A DNA stretch of 64,000 nucleotides from Eledone cirrhosa (GCA_964016885.1 OZ024745.1:59210001-59274000); one strand, 5' to 3'. Positions 1 to 13,608 are shown, counted from the stretch's first letter. The notes: a model not told the origin generated them from the sequence alone. A program made the numbers and translations.

Positions 1-682
1 GAGTAGTTTGTCTCGGCCAGAAATGAACAGAAAGGAAGCTACCCCTATACCATCGGGAAAAGGTGGCGAATGCGTACATCGCTTCCGCCATATATTGCAG
101 ACTGACTGTTGTGTCTTGTCACAGTTCTCGTCTAACCAGATTGGAGCGTGTGTTCTTTCACTACCTGTGGAAGGGACGCTGTTCACTAGTCAGGTGTTCC
201 ATCTGCTGCTAGCACAAGTTCGATTTTTCGTAGCGGCTGCTGTCAATTTTTTTCTCCGTCTATAGGGGTATTTTCCCGATATTCAAAGCATATTATTTGT
301 AACTATCGATTGTGGTTCACAGTTATTTTCTTTCATTCTCTTTCTTTTTACACTTTCGTATTCTTTAACTCATTCCATCTCATCTTACTTCTTTCTATGT
401 TCCATCCAATCATTTTTATTTCTTTCACTACTTTTTCCCTCATTCTCTCTCCACCGTTCTCTCTCACTCCCCCCCCGTCCTCTGCCTCTTTCTTCCCCCG
501 TCTCTGTCTCTTTCTCAAATGCTTATTGGCAACTCTTTTTCTCGCATTTTCACTCATTTGTCTTCTCTCCATTTAATTTCCTCTCTCTTCTTTCTTTCTC
601 CCCCCCCTACCCACCCTTCTTTCAACAACAACACAACACACTCTCTCTCTCTCTCTCCCATCTCTCTCTTTCTCTCTTTCTT

Positions 683-770
<88 letters not shown>

Positions 771-1139
771 TTCTCTCTATCTCTCTCTTTCTCTCTCTCT
801 CTCTCTTTCTTTCTCCCCCCCCTCTCTCTCTCAAATACTTGTTTGCGACTCTCTTACCATCACGTTTTTCTCTTTTTCTCCCCCTTTCCTCCCTACCTCA
901 ATTTCCTCCTTCTTCTCCATTCTCTTCCTCCCGATGCCCCCTCCCCCGTTTCCCCTTCCTTCTCTTCCAACTTCCAACTTCTTCCCAAGTGACGTGCCTC
1001 CATCTTCCTTTGCAACCACTACAACCGGATTTCACCACTCCCCCCCTCTATCTCCCCCCTCATGTACACATTCTCGCTCGCTCCCTTCCTCTCATCAAGT
1101 ATTTTCTCACCAATGGTGGCCCAGGCGTTGGCCGCCCCG

Positions 1140-1315
1140 AAGCCCCGGTGGACAGAATAGAGAAGGTGCTTCCCCGGAGGATGGTGAAGGAGACATGCTA
1201 GAAGTGCCATTCCAGTTCGCGAGGCTCATACCTGCGGGTAGCCAACTCTGCGCTGATGGTGGTGAGCAGAGAGGTGACCCTAGGACCAATGACCGCAGAA
1301 GTCTCCACTGCCACG
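1140..1315 (-). pseudogene. Fragment of the same CRE-like family
   Basis: The reverse complement aligns by eye with 33015-33180 (AVET.AV.G..., ...ELA..R.EPRE.EW). Confidence 0.7.
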
Positions 1316-1597
1316 GCGGGCTATGTTATTTATAATAGCATCCGTTAATTTTTGTTACCTCTTTTCAGTTATTCAGTCTTGGCAAACCTTCTTTGTCGGG
1401 AACCATACGTCAGACTTTCAGTATCCGGATTCATTCACAGATCGCTTAACTAAATCGGTTAAGCAGGTCATGAACTTGTCATTTGAATAGTTGAATAGTT
1501 GACTCTGATTTTGTGAACAATTTAAAGTATTTCTTTCTGCTAACTTGACAAAAGTTATCTAAATATGATCTGGCCAACCCATTTTGATTCGACCATG

Positions 1598-4500
1598 CCT
1601 ACACTGTCTCTCTTCTCTCTTTCTCTACCTACCTGTCTCTCTTCTCTCTTTCTCTACCTACCTGTCTCTCTTCTCTCTTTCTCTACCTACCTGTCTCTCT
1701 TCTCTCTTTCTCTACCTACCTGTCTCTCTTCTCTCTACCTACCTGTCTCTCTTCTCTCTTCTCTCTACCCTACCTGTCTCTCTTCCCTCTTTCTCTAGTT
1801 ACCTGTGTCTCTCTTCTCTCTTTCTCTACCTACCTGTCTCTCTTCTCTCTCCTCTCTTCTCTCTACCTACCTGTCTCTTCTCTCTACCTACCTGTCTCTC
1901 TTCTCTCTTCTCTCTGCCTACCTGTCTCTCTTCTCTCTTTTCTCTACCTACCTGTCGCTCTTCTCTCTTCTCCCTGCCTACCTGTCTCTCTTCTCTCTTC
2001 TCTCTACCTACCTGTCTCTCTTCTCTCTTCTCTCTACCTACCTGTCTCTCTTCTCTCTTCTCTCTACCTACCTGTCTCTCTTCTCTCTTCTCTCTACCTA
2101 CCTGTCTCTCTTCTCTCTTTTCTCTACCTACCTGTGTCTCTCTTCTCTCTTTTCTCTACCTACCTGTCTCTCTTCTCTCTTCTCTCTACCTACCTGTCTC
2201 TCTTCTCTCTTCTCTCTACCTACCTGTCTCTCTTCTCTCTTTTCTCTACCTACCTGTCTCTCTTCTCTCTTCTCTCTACCTACCTGTCTCTCTTCTCTCT
2301 TCTCTCTTCTCTCTACCTACCTGTCTCTCTTCTCTCTTTCTCTACCTACCTGTGTCTCTCTTCTCTCTTTCTCTACCTACCTGTCTCTCTTCTCTCTTCT
2401 CTCTACCTACCTGTCTCTCTTCTCTCTTTTCTCTACCTACCTGTCTCTCTTCTCTCTTCTCTCTACCTACCTGTCTCTCTTCTCTCTTCTCTCTACCTAC
2501 ATGTCTCTCTTCTCTCTTCTCTCTACCTACCTGTCTCTCTTCTCTCTTCTCTCTACCTACCTGTCGCTCTTCTCTCTTCTCCCTGCCTACCTGTCTCTCT
2601 TCTCTCTACCTACCTGTCTCTCTTCTCTCTTTCTCTACCTACCTGTCTCTCTTCCCTCTTCTCTCTACCTACCTGTCTCTCTTCTCTCTTTTCTCTACCT
2701 ACCTGTCTCTCTTCTCTCTTTTCTCTACCTACCTGTCTCTCTTCTCTCTTTTCTCTACCTACCTGTCTCTCTTCTCTCTTTCTCTACCTACCTGTGTGTC
2801 TCTTCTCTCTTTCTCTACCTACCTGTCTCTCTTCTCTCTTCTCTCTACCTACCTGTCTCTCTTCTCTCTGCCTACCTGTCTCTCTTCTCTCTTTTCTCTA
2901 CCTACCTGTCGCTCTTCTCTCTTCTCCCTGCCTACCTGTCTCTCTTCTCTCTTCTCTCTACCTACCTGTCTCTCTTCTCTCTTTCTCTACCTACCTGTCT
3001 CTCTTCTCTCTTCTCTCTACATACCTGTCTCTCTTCTCTCTTTTCTCTACCTACCTGTCTCTCTTCTCTCTTTCCTCTACCTACCTGTGTCTCTCTTCTC
3101 TCTTTTCTCTACCTACCTGTCTCTCTTCTCTCTTTTCTCTACCTACCTGTCTCTCTTCTCTCTTTTCTCTACCTACCTGTCTCTCTTCTCTCTTTTCTCT
3201 ACCTACCTGTCTCTCTTCTCTCTTCTCTCTTCTCTCTACCTACCTGTCTCTCTTCTCTCTTTTCTCTACCTACCTGTCTCTCTTCTCTCTTTCTCTACCT
3301 ACCTGTCTCTCTTCTCTCTACCTACCTGTCTCTCTTCTCTCTTCTCTCTACCTACCTGTCTCTTTTCTCTCTTCTCTCTACCCTACCTGTCTCTCTCCTC
3401 TCTTTTCTCTACCTACCTGTCTCTCTTCTCTCTACCTACCTGTCTCTCTTCTCTCTTTCTCTACCTACCTGTCTCTCTTCTCTCTTTTCTCTACCTACCT
3501 GTCTCTCTCCTCTCTTCTCACCTTTTCTCTACCTACCTGTCTCTCTTCTCTCTTTTCTCTACCTACCTGTCTCTCTCCTCTCTTCTCACCTTTTCTCTAC
3601 CTACCTGTCTCTCCTCTCTCTTTTCTCTACCTACCTGTCTCTCTTCTCTCTTTTCTCTACCTACCTGTCTCTCTTCTCTCTTCTCTCAACCTACCTGTCT
3701 CTCTTCTCTCTACCTACCTGTCTCTCTTCTCTCTTCTCTCTACCTACCTGTCTCTCTTCTCTACCTACCTGTCTCTCTTGTCTCTTTTCTCTACCTACCT
3801 GTCTCTCTTCTCTCTTCTCTCTACCTACCTGTCTCTCTTCTCTCTTCTCTCTACCTACCTGTCTCTCTTCTCTCTTTTCTCTACCTACCTGTCTCTCTTC
3901 TCTCTTCTCTCTACCTACCTGTCTCTCTTCTCTCTTCTCTCTACCTACCTGTCTCTCTTCTCTCTTCTCTCTACCTACCTGTCTCTCTTCTCTCTTCTCT
4001 CTACCTACCTGTCTCTCTTCTCTCTTTTCTCTACCTACCTGTCTCTCTTCTCTCTACCTACCTGTCTCTCTTTTCTCTACCTACCTGTCTCTCTTTTCTC
4101 TACCTACCTGTCTCTCTTCTCTCTTCTCTCTACCTACCTGTCTCTCTTCTCTCTTCTCTCTACCTACCTGTCTCTCTTCTCTCTACCTACCTGTCTCTCT
4201 TCTCTCTACCTACCTGTCTCTCTTCTCTCTACCTACCTCTCTCTCTCCTCTCTTTTCTCTACCTACCTGTCTCTCTTCTCTCTTTTCTCTACCTACCTGT
4301 CTCTCTTCTCTCTTTTCTCTACCTACCTGTCTCTCTTCTCTCTTTTCTCTACCTACCTGTCTCTCTTCTCTCTTCTCTCTACCTACCTGTCTCTCTTCTC
4401 TCTTCTCTCTACCTACCTGTCTCTCTTCTCTCTTCTCTCTACCTACCTGTCTCTCTTCTCTCTTCTCTCTACCTACCTGTCTCTCTTCTCTCTTCTCTCA

Positions 4501-4950
4501 ACCTACCTGTCTCTCTTCTCTCTACCTACCTCTCTCTCTCCTCTCTTCTCTCTACCTACCTGTCTCTCTTCTCTCTTTTCTCTACCTACCTGTCTCTCTT
4601 CTCTCTTTTCTCTACCTACCTGTCTCTCTTCTCTCTTTCTCTACCTACCTCTCTCTCTCCTCTCTTTTCTCTACCTACCTGTCTCTCTTCTCTCTTTCTC
4701 TACCTACCTATCTCTCTCCTCTCTTTTCTCTACCTACCTCTCTCTCTCCTCTCTTCTCTCTACCTACCTGTCTCTCTTCTCACCTTTTCTCTACTTACCT
4801 GTCTCTCTTCTCTCTACCTACATGTGTCTCTCCTCTCTTCTCCTCTACCAACCTGTCTCTCTTCTCTCTTCTGCTCTACCTACCTGTCTCTCTTTTTCCT
4901 TTTTCTCTGCTTACCTGTCTCTTTTCTCACCTTTTCTCTACCTATCTGTC
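1598..4950. repeat. ~30-bp polypyrimidine minisatellite (CTACCTACCTGTCTCTCTTCTCTCTTTTCT)n
   Basis: About 110 units with length variants; explains the three >1000-aa ORFs. Confidence 0.97.
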
Positions 4951-6840
4951 TTCTCTTCTTTTCTCTGTCTGTCTGTGTCTCTTCTCTGTGTACCAGTCCT
5001 TCTCTTCCTCTCCATTTTTCAATTTTTTTTTCTCAGACATCTCATTTTCTTCTTACTACCTCCAGCATCATCTCTCTGTTACACTGCATTGTTTCCTCCT
5101 CCTCCTCCTCCTCCTCCTTGTCTTCTTTTTCTTCTTCTCATCTTCTCCATCTCTCTATCCTTCTACCTATATTTTCTAGCCACCCTCGCGCCTGACCTGC
5201 ACCACACCCATGTCTCTTTCTGAATTCAGTCACTACTGTCATTGAAAAGAACACGCTAGATAATGTACATGAGGAAAAGACGAGATGGTCACGGATAGAA
5301 TGCCTTTAACTGTAAGGCTGCTTGATCAGAACTAAACAACAACAGAAAAAGACCCACAAAATTAACTTGCAATGGAGACATGACAACAAAATCTCATTTA
5401 ACACCACATGGACCAGTGGTTCTCAATTCGTTTCATTACCTGGACTATTTCTTATAATATAGTCAAGCCTTCCGGCGCTAAAGGGCTTTGGGACTTAAGC
5501 CCTTCCAATAATGTGGAAACTTGTTGCATTCCACATTATTAGATAGTGAAACTGCTGACATTTCCACCCTGCTTCTTTGCTCAATACAATATTAGCCATT
5601 TCTACTGCACAAAATCTAAAATCTGTCTCAAGCCTGGAGGTTCATTAGGCCAGTGTTTATCCCAGATTCCGTGGCGTGAAACTACTGACAGTACAAGACT
5701 TCCCCTGAACCAGACACCAATCCATCACTACTGTTGGTACACATTTTCAGCTGAGTATACTGGAGCAAATGAAGTGCTTTTGCTCAAGAACACAACACAC
5801 ATCCCAGTCGAGGAATCGAACCCACGACATTATGATCGTAAGTCCAACACCCTTACCGCTAGGCCACGCACCTCTACTGTACAAGGCTCAATAATATTCT
5901 CAGCTATATATAATATATAACTAAGACGGTCAATTGTCTTAACTTGAACGTAAATACATCTAGAAGAAAGCAAAGCTATCCACGAAGTCAAGTAAATGTA
6001 TCCACAGATCATCCAATTATTATCCACGAACACAATTAAATGCAATAACATCTGTTCTTTTATTGGAAACTGGGGACAATATATAAGCAACCTTAAAAGA
6101 TGCGCAGAGCAGCAACTTTTTAGTAGGAGTGAAAGCTAACTGTGGAAGGGTTCCGCCATTGTCACAACCACATTATATCTTGCATCAGCGTCTCAACGTT
6201 TGTTATTAAAATGTTCTTTAAGCTTGGAGAGTTTTAAACATAAACTGATAGCAGGATTATATTTTGAGGTCTTGTCCGTGGGGTGCAGCCCAACACCGCC
6301 ACACCCTAATCCGAGAGCCCATCACCCTCTCTCTTCCTCCTCCTATCTTTCTGTGACCCTAGAGCCCTTGCCCTTCCCTTCATTCTCCATTTTTAAATAT
6401 CTGTAGTCTTGTTGTTATTTCAAATAGATTTGTTTACGATTTTGTTTTAAACTGGAATTAGAGAATATCGCATTACAGAGAATATCAATTCCATCCTCTC
6501 TATTTATGTGAATCATACCAAATTGACAATAATCTTCGTTCCATTTTCTCACTTTTGATTTTGACATATTGAAGGGTAACTTAATGCTAAAATCATGAAA
6601 TATCAAAGTGCAAAAAGTTTTAATGATCAAAGGTTTGTACACCAAATATATTTTTTAAGATAAATTCCATTTGCTTAAAGTTCATGTGAGTTCACAATTG
6701 AAACTTTAAAATATTAGTCAGCAATTTTGCCTTTCATCATTTCGAGTACTAGTCGAGTACTGAGGTCGATTATTTTTCAATATCTCTTTCTCACTGCCCC
6801 TCTCTCTTTATCTCTCTCTCTCACTGTCTCACTCTCTTTT

Positions 6841-6873
<33 letters not shown>

Positions 6874-7325
6874 TCTTTTCTGGATAGTGGATGAGCTGAG
6901 CAAGGTTTAAAATGCCCAAGTAACTTTCTATGTCAGTACGGCGCCCCTATGACTCCATCAGGAGTTACGGGTCCATACATCCCCTATAGCAGGGAAAAAA
7001 TTATACATCACGCAATTCCGACAGTGTATTCACATTAAAAAATATAACATTAATTAGATAAACATGTTTGTTTCTTAAAGTACGTCTAATTAATGTGTAA
7101 ATCAGTTTGATTGTTTTTGAGTCTACATTAAGCATGCCATACCATAAAAAATCCTCACATATGTCACATAACTAAAAATGACGACATTTATTTCTATATA
7201 CATTTGACCCCCTAAATGTATGTATAAATGCTCGGATTTAGTCCTTGGAATCTTTGAGCTTCTACAGGTGGTATGGCGCATGTTTCTGATCTTCTCAGAC
7301 ATGATATCCATATATAATTTTGTTA

Positions 7326-7362
<37 letters not shown>

Positions 7363-7367
<5 letters not shown>

Positions 7368-8165
7368 GAGTTAAACAATATTCAATGAGTATATCAAAGA
7401 ATGAGTTTTACAGTAGATTGGAAGCACTGTATGGAAAATAATTTTCCAGAGTTATTAATATTAAAATACAAATATTAATAAAATAGATGTTCTTTTTATC
7501 AATTACATTTTATTATACATATTTCGGATGTACAACAGTACGTCCTCATCAGCAAAATATAATGATATATGACATACCCTGAGATGTTAAATGGTTAAGA
7601 TTTAATCAAGGTAGTGATTAACCTAAGAGAAAGTTTAACATTTATACCCTAATAATGAGAAAATGCGAAAACGTAATAAATTCAATAGAGAATGTGTGAG
7701 TAAGAAAAACGTTGCTTAATTTAACAGTTATAGAGATTTTAAAATGTATGATACTACAATTTATCAGGGAAAGCGGTCAATGAGAGCCGCTGAGATAATA
7801 TATATATAGAGAGAGGGAATATATGTAGAAGGAGATTTTCCGAAAGTTAAACGATTAAGTTTGAAAATATTTAATTTATGCTATTTTAGGGTGAAGAGTC
7901 AAGATTTTAGGGTTTTTTTTTTTTAAATTGCAGGTTATTTATTAGTTTTGTAAATTTAATAAGTGTTTTAACATTTCTAAACTTCAGAATTTTATGATGA
8001 TAACTTTTAAAGGATTTAGCTGGCCAGCGGCAAATAAAGTTTACACTGTCGAATATTTTTCTAAATGTAAGTTTTACAGGAGATATTCATTGTCAACATA
8101 TATAGTATGTAAATCTTATGAATTATTTATTGTTAGAAATATTTAAATAACTATTATGTATTATA
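7363..8165 (-). mobile_element. Penelope-like 3' UTR fragment abutting (TA)n
   Basis: 8040-8160 resembles 9067-9185 of the Naiad 3' UTR. Carries the HHR at ~7530. 7363-7492 recurs at 14841-14972. Confidence 0.65.
7506..7558 (-). ncRNA. Minimal type I hammerhead ribozyme motif (weak stem I)
   Basis: Minus strand: TTG CTGATGA GGACGTAC-TGTT-GTACATCC GAAA TATGTA TAA. Core boxes intact; stem II has 7 of 8 pairs. Confidence 0.7.
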
Positions 8166-8339
8166 TATATAAAAAATTAGAATTGGTGCTCTGAAATAGC
8201 TATATATATATGAATGTATATATAGTGTATTTTGTAATACACTGTATGCTTAATTAAAAGCATTTTGAAGACCTTATGCTATTGTTTTAGAGTAGTGATA
8301 GTCTCACTTACTTTAATTTTCAGCAAACAGGGGAGATAA

Positions 8340-8384
8340 AGCCGACAGAGCCCTGTTTCGCATTTGTTGATGCTTATCAAGGCT
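8340..8384 (-). ncRNA. Type I hammerhead ribozyme, U3:A8 core variant
   Basis: AGCC TTGATAA GCAT-CAACAA-ATGC GAAA CAG-GGCT-CTG TC^GGCT. Stems I, II and III all pair perfectly. Confidence 0.8.
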
Positions 8385-8633
8385 AACTACTCCTCACGTT
8401 TGCTGAAAATCATGGATGTTTGATTCTTATAGAATTCTAGTAAATAATCAGGAACTGACGATTTTCAGCAAACAGCATCAACAAATGCGAAACAGGGCTC
8501 TGTCGGCTTTATCTCCCCTGTTTGCTGAAAATTAAAGTAAGTGAGACTATCACTACTTTAAAACAATAGCATAAGGTCTTCGAAATGCTTTTAATTAAGC
8601 ATACAGTGTATTGCAAAATACACTATATATACA

Positions 8634-8719
<86 letters not shown>

Positions 8720-8723
<4 letters not shown>

Positions 8724-10322
8724 TGAGCCTGTATATTTTAGGTAAATGATAACGAAAATAAAAATAAAAATAAGATAATAGATTTAGGCATGCTAAAGTT
8801 AAATATATATGTATATATAAAAGGGTGTAAATGCATTAATTATTCATAGTTCAAAATAAATGATAATCAATAAATTTAACTAAAAATTATGTATAGAATG
8901 ATATATGGAGGTTTATATGGATATAAATTAGGTATAATTGATATAAATTATGTATTATTGATACAGTATACTTTAGGTAAATGATAACAGTTATAATTTT
9001 ATATATATAAGGTTCGAAACGTGTTATAGTTAAATATATATATATATAAGAAAAGCAAGGAAAATTTACACTGTTGAATATTTTCCTAAATATAAACTTT
9101 ACCGAAGATAATCAATTGTCAACTTATGGTATGTAAATCTTATGAAGTACTTATTGTTAGAAATATTTAATTAACGATTATGTATATAGATATTTATTAA
9201 TGAGCCAGTATATTTTAGGTAAATGAAAACGAAAAAAATATAATAGATTGACGCATGCAAAGTTAAATATATACCAATATAACAGGGTGTAAATGCATTA
9301 ATTATTCATAGTTCGAAATAAATAATAATCAAAAACACATGAAAAATTCACAGTTAGAAATAAGTTCGATAAAAATGTATGGATTGGATATTAAACTAAA
9401 ATTTAAACCATAGATAGGAAGATAAAGATAGAGAAATAAAGAAATAATGGTACGGATCAAAATTAATAATTATAATATTATGTTATGTATATCAATGTTC
9501 CGGCATGTTATTGAACAAGTGTCTTTCATTCGAGCGTTATTTCTTCTATAGATAGATTATAAGATAATGCAATATTAAAGGCCATTAATGTTTTTCCTGT
9601 TGATTATATACACCTGACAACAAAGTTTTTAATGGTTAAGTGTTTCTCTCTCTTTTTTTCTCGTTTTGTGGGAGGCTAAGAATGTGGACGTGGCTTTGTG
9701 GAGGTAACTAGAAAATAATTCACTTTTTTTGTTAATTAGGGTCTCATAGTTATTAATAATCAACAGGGTCTCCATTGTACAGAGTGCGCAGTTATTTGAT
9801 ATACTGGAGTTGCGGTAAACTCCACAGTTCCGAAGTTTAGTCCAAAGAATGGAGTATTTTAAATTCCTCTCTTTTAATGACCAGATGAGCTGTGATAAAG
9901 ACATGGATGACTTCCTCTTGGAGTTCGAGAAGGAGCATTTATGGTTCGCAAATCTGGCTTTAAATGTAGAAGTCGTCTATCCGATGTAGTTGTATGTGTT
10001 GTGATCAGTTTTTACGGCGCATTTATAAACCAAGTTACTATCTAGACAATTATTTTGCAAAGGGCAATCAGATTTATTTCTACAATTACATTTTGGTTTA
10101 GTATCATTTATGTTAACTCTATTATTAAGATCGTTATGCTCGTTTTGTTTTAGGATTTTAGTGTTTAATTTGGCAATGTTTTGGGCCATGTTCATCGTTG
10201 TCGAATATGAGAATTTAATGGTATGTCTATTAAAAATGGAATGGTATTTATGTTGAGCAGGGAAAGAGGTGTCCAAAGCGTTAAAGAATAATTTTGCAAT
10301 TGGTGTTTTGACTGCGACCGAA
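8720..10322 (-). mobile_element. Inverted 3' copy of the same Penelope-like element (thumb, endonuclease, 3' UTR)
   Basis: 8720-10104 is the reverse complement of 11297-12669. Minus ORFs 9977-10498 and 9629-9904 give FPAQHKYHSIFNRHTIKFSYSTT and the same Cys motif and YIG, with a premature TAG. Confidence 0.92.
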
Positions 10323-11724
10323 ATTTTGACTCCATCGAAATCGGATATTGGAGTAAACAGTAAAAACATCATAGATAGAATATTACCCACCCTTAAATTG
10401 AGATCTAATTTGAGCTTATGGAAAGATACAAACGAAGTCGTAGAATGGTACAAGAATATAGAAGATAAGAAAAACCATAAATTCATCCAGATGGACATTA
10501 CTAGCTACTATTCTTCCATAACACCTAACCTTCTAAATAGGGCTCTTTCATATGCTTATAAGCATACTGATATAACCACGGATGAAATAGACATAATACT
10601 AACAACCAGAAGAACTTTTATTAACTTCAACAACGAATATTGGACCCGCTCAGATAGAGATAGAAATTTTGATATTACTATGGGGGCATCCGATTCCGCG
10701 CAAATCACAGATCTTCTGGGAATTTTCATATTAAATATGATAAATAGAAAACTGCCGGAGATTACCGGTTGTTTATATAGGGACGATATTTTATTTACCG
10801 TGGTCAAACACAACAATATAGAACTAAATAGAGTAAAGAAAAATATAATAGAATTCTTTAAAAAGTACGACCTTAAGTTAGAAGTAGAAAATGGTACCAA
10901 AATAGTTAATTTCCTAGACGTTACCTTTAACTTAAACACTGGCTTCTATTACCCTTTTCATAAGCCCAATGAAAACTTAAACTATGTTAGTAACCATTCC
11001 AATCACCCTAAATCTGTAAAAAAAAAAAGCTATAGTTAATAGTGTGCAAAAACGAATTAATAAAATATCAGCCAATAAAGCTATATTCGACGAAAACGCT
11101 GAATACTACAACAACGCGTTAAAAAGAGCAGGATATATGAATAATATAGAATATGTAGATAATAATAATCCAAGTATTAATCTTAATAAAAATAATAACA
11201 TATATAAGAAAAACTCAAATAATTATAATTCAAACACCCATACGCCAAATAAATCTAGGATAAGAACTAGAACTATATCAGTCATATGGTTTAGTCATAC
11301 TAAACCAAAATGTAATTGTAGAAATAAATCTGATTGCCCTTTGCAAAATAATTGTCTAGATAGTAACTTGGTTTATAAATGCACCGTAAAAACTGATCAC
11401 AACACATACAACTACATAGGATCGACGACTTCTACATTTAAAGCCAGATTTGCGAACCATAAATGCTCCTTCTCGAACTCCAAGAGGAAGTCATCCACGT
11501 CTTTATCACAGCTCATATGGTCATTAAAAGAGAGGAATTTAAAATACTCCATTCTTTGGACTAAACTTCGGAACTGTGGAGTTTACCGCAACTCCAGTAT
11601 ATCAAATAACTGCGCACTCTGTACAATGGAGACCCTGTTGATTATTAATAACTATGAGACCCTAATTAACAAAAAAATGAATTATTTTCTAGTTACCTCC
11701 ACAAAGCCACGTCCACATTCTTAG
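10323..11724 (+). pseudogene. Penelope-like retroelement (Naiad-type) RT plus GIY-YIG endonuclease; 5'-truncated, frameshifted, internally deleted
   Basis: ORFs 10269-11039 and 11044-11724. RT motifs MDITSYYSSI, FDITMGASDSAQITDLLG, LYRDD and NFLDVTFNL...YYPFHKP. Linker CNCRNKSDCPLQNNC (CxCx5Cx5C). GIY-YIG region LVYKC...YIGST...FKARFANHK...CALCTME. Frameshift at the A-run ~11017-11028. Confidence 0.92.
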
Positions 11725-12665
11725 CCTCCCACAAAACGAGAAAAAAAGAGAGAGAAACACTTAACCATTAAAAACTTTTTTATCAGACGTATATAATCAA
11801 CAGGAAAAATATTAATGGCCTTTAATATTGCATTATCTTATAATCTATCTATAGAAGAAATAACGCTCGAATGAAAGACACTTGTTCAATAACATGCCGG
11901 AACATTGATATACATAACATAATATTATAATTATTAATTTTGATCCGTACCATTATTTCTTTATTTCTCTATCTTTATCTTCCTATCTAAGGTTTAAATT
12001 TTAGTTTAATATCCAACCCATACATTTTTATGGAACTTATTTCTAACTGTGAATTTTTCATGTGTTTTTGATTATTATTTATTTCGAACTATGAATAATT
12101 AATGCATTTACACCCTGTTATATTGGTATATATTTAACTTTGCATGCGTCAATCTATTATATTTTTTTCGTTTTCATTTACCTAAAATATACTGGCTCAT
12201 TAATAAATATCTATATACATAATCGTTAATTAAATATTTCTAACAATAAGTACTTCATAAGATTTACATACCATAAGTTGACAATTGATTCTTCGGTAAA
12301 GTTTATATTTAGGAAAATATTCAACAGTGTAAACTTTCCTTGCTTTTCTTATATATATATATATTTAACTATAACACGTTTCGAACCTTATATATATAAA
12401 ATTATAACTGTTATCATTTACCTAAAGTATACTGTATCAATAATACATAATTTATATCAATAATACCTAATTTATATCCATATAAACCTCCATATATCAT
12501 TCTATACATAATTTTTAGTTAAATTTATTGATTATCATTTATTTTGAACTATGAATAATTAATGCATTTACACCCTTTTATATATACGTATATATTTAAC
12601 TTTAGCATGCCTAATTTATTTTTATTTTTATTTTCGTTATCATTTACCTAAAATATACAGGCTCA

Positions 12666-12723
<58 letters not shown>

Positions 12724-12848
12724 TGTATATATAGTGTATTTTGCAATACACTGTATGCTTAATTAAAAGCATTTCGAAGACCTTATGCTATTGTTTTAAA
12801 GTAGTGATAGTCTCACTTACTTTAATTTTCAGCAAACAGGGGAGATAA

Positions 12849-12893
12849 AGCCGACAGAGCCCTGTTTCGCATTTGTTGATGCTTATCAAGGCT
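12849..12893 (-). ncRNA. Type I hammerhead ribozyme, U3:A8 variant (second full copy)
   Basis: Identical motif to 8340-8384, inside the direct repeat 12721-12904 = 8211-8394. Confidence 0.8.
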
Positions 12894-13264
12894 AACTACT
12901 CCTCTAGTTTATAGTAATATCATATTCTCCATCTAATAAAATCTTTCCTGCTACTTTTTAACTATGAGAAGCTACGTTATGTATTATTGGTTAATGAAAT
13001 CATATATGTTTAGCTTTTGATGAACTATAAAACCCGTTGTTATCACTTAGAAGTGATATTCACCCACTTTGAAGTCGTTATTTTTACTTTGAATTGATGT
13101 CTCCTCGCTTTGAATTGATATTTCCTCACTTTGAATTATAAATACTGTAGATAAATTTCTTTCTTTCTTTCTTCTATTTACTTATTTGTTTATTTACTTT
13201 AACCACCTCCTATTTTTTCTCATTACGTCGTTTCATCGACGTTTTTGGCACTACGTGGCGGCGA

Positions 13265-13463
13265 GGGGGGGGGGGTCGTGCTGGTGGCGGCGGTGTGGTG
13301 GTGGTGGTGGGGGGTAGTGCTGGTGGCGGCGGTGGCGGCGGTGTGGTGGTGGGGGTGGTAGTGCTGGTGGCGGCGGTGGCGGCGGTGTGGTGGTGGTGTT
13401 ATAGTGGTGGTGGTGGCAGTGGTACTGCTGCTACTTTTGCTGATATTGGTGGTATGTTGTTGT

Positions 13464-13505
<42 letters not shown>

Positions 13506-13568
13506 GGGTAGTAGTATTAGTGTTAGTAGTAGAGGGTCTGGTGGTGGTGGTTGTAGTAGTAGTAGTAT

Positions 13569-13608
<40 letters not shown>

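Noticed and set aside
1584-5223. Three ORFs over 1000 aa
   Set aside because: Translations of a 30-bp CT-rich satellite; no domain content.
5940-6260. CR1/L2 LINE 3' relic (SLESFKHKL); similar KWNKLP at ~28600 (-)
   Set aside because: Only short motif matches.
11044-12669. Selenocysteine codon or SECIS, as reported for some Naiad elements
   Set aside because: The Cys motif positions are ordinary TGT/TGC codons, I see no in-frame TGA, and no SECIS was identified.
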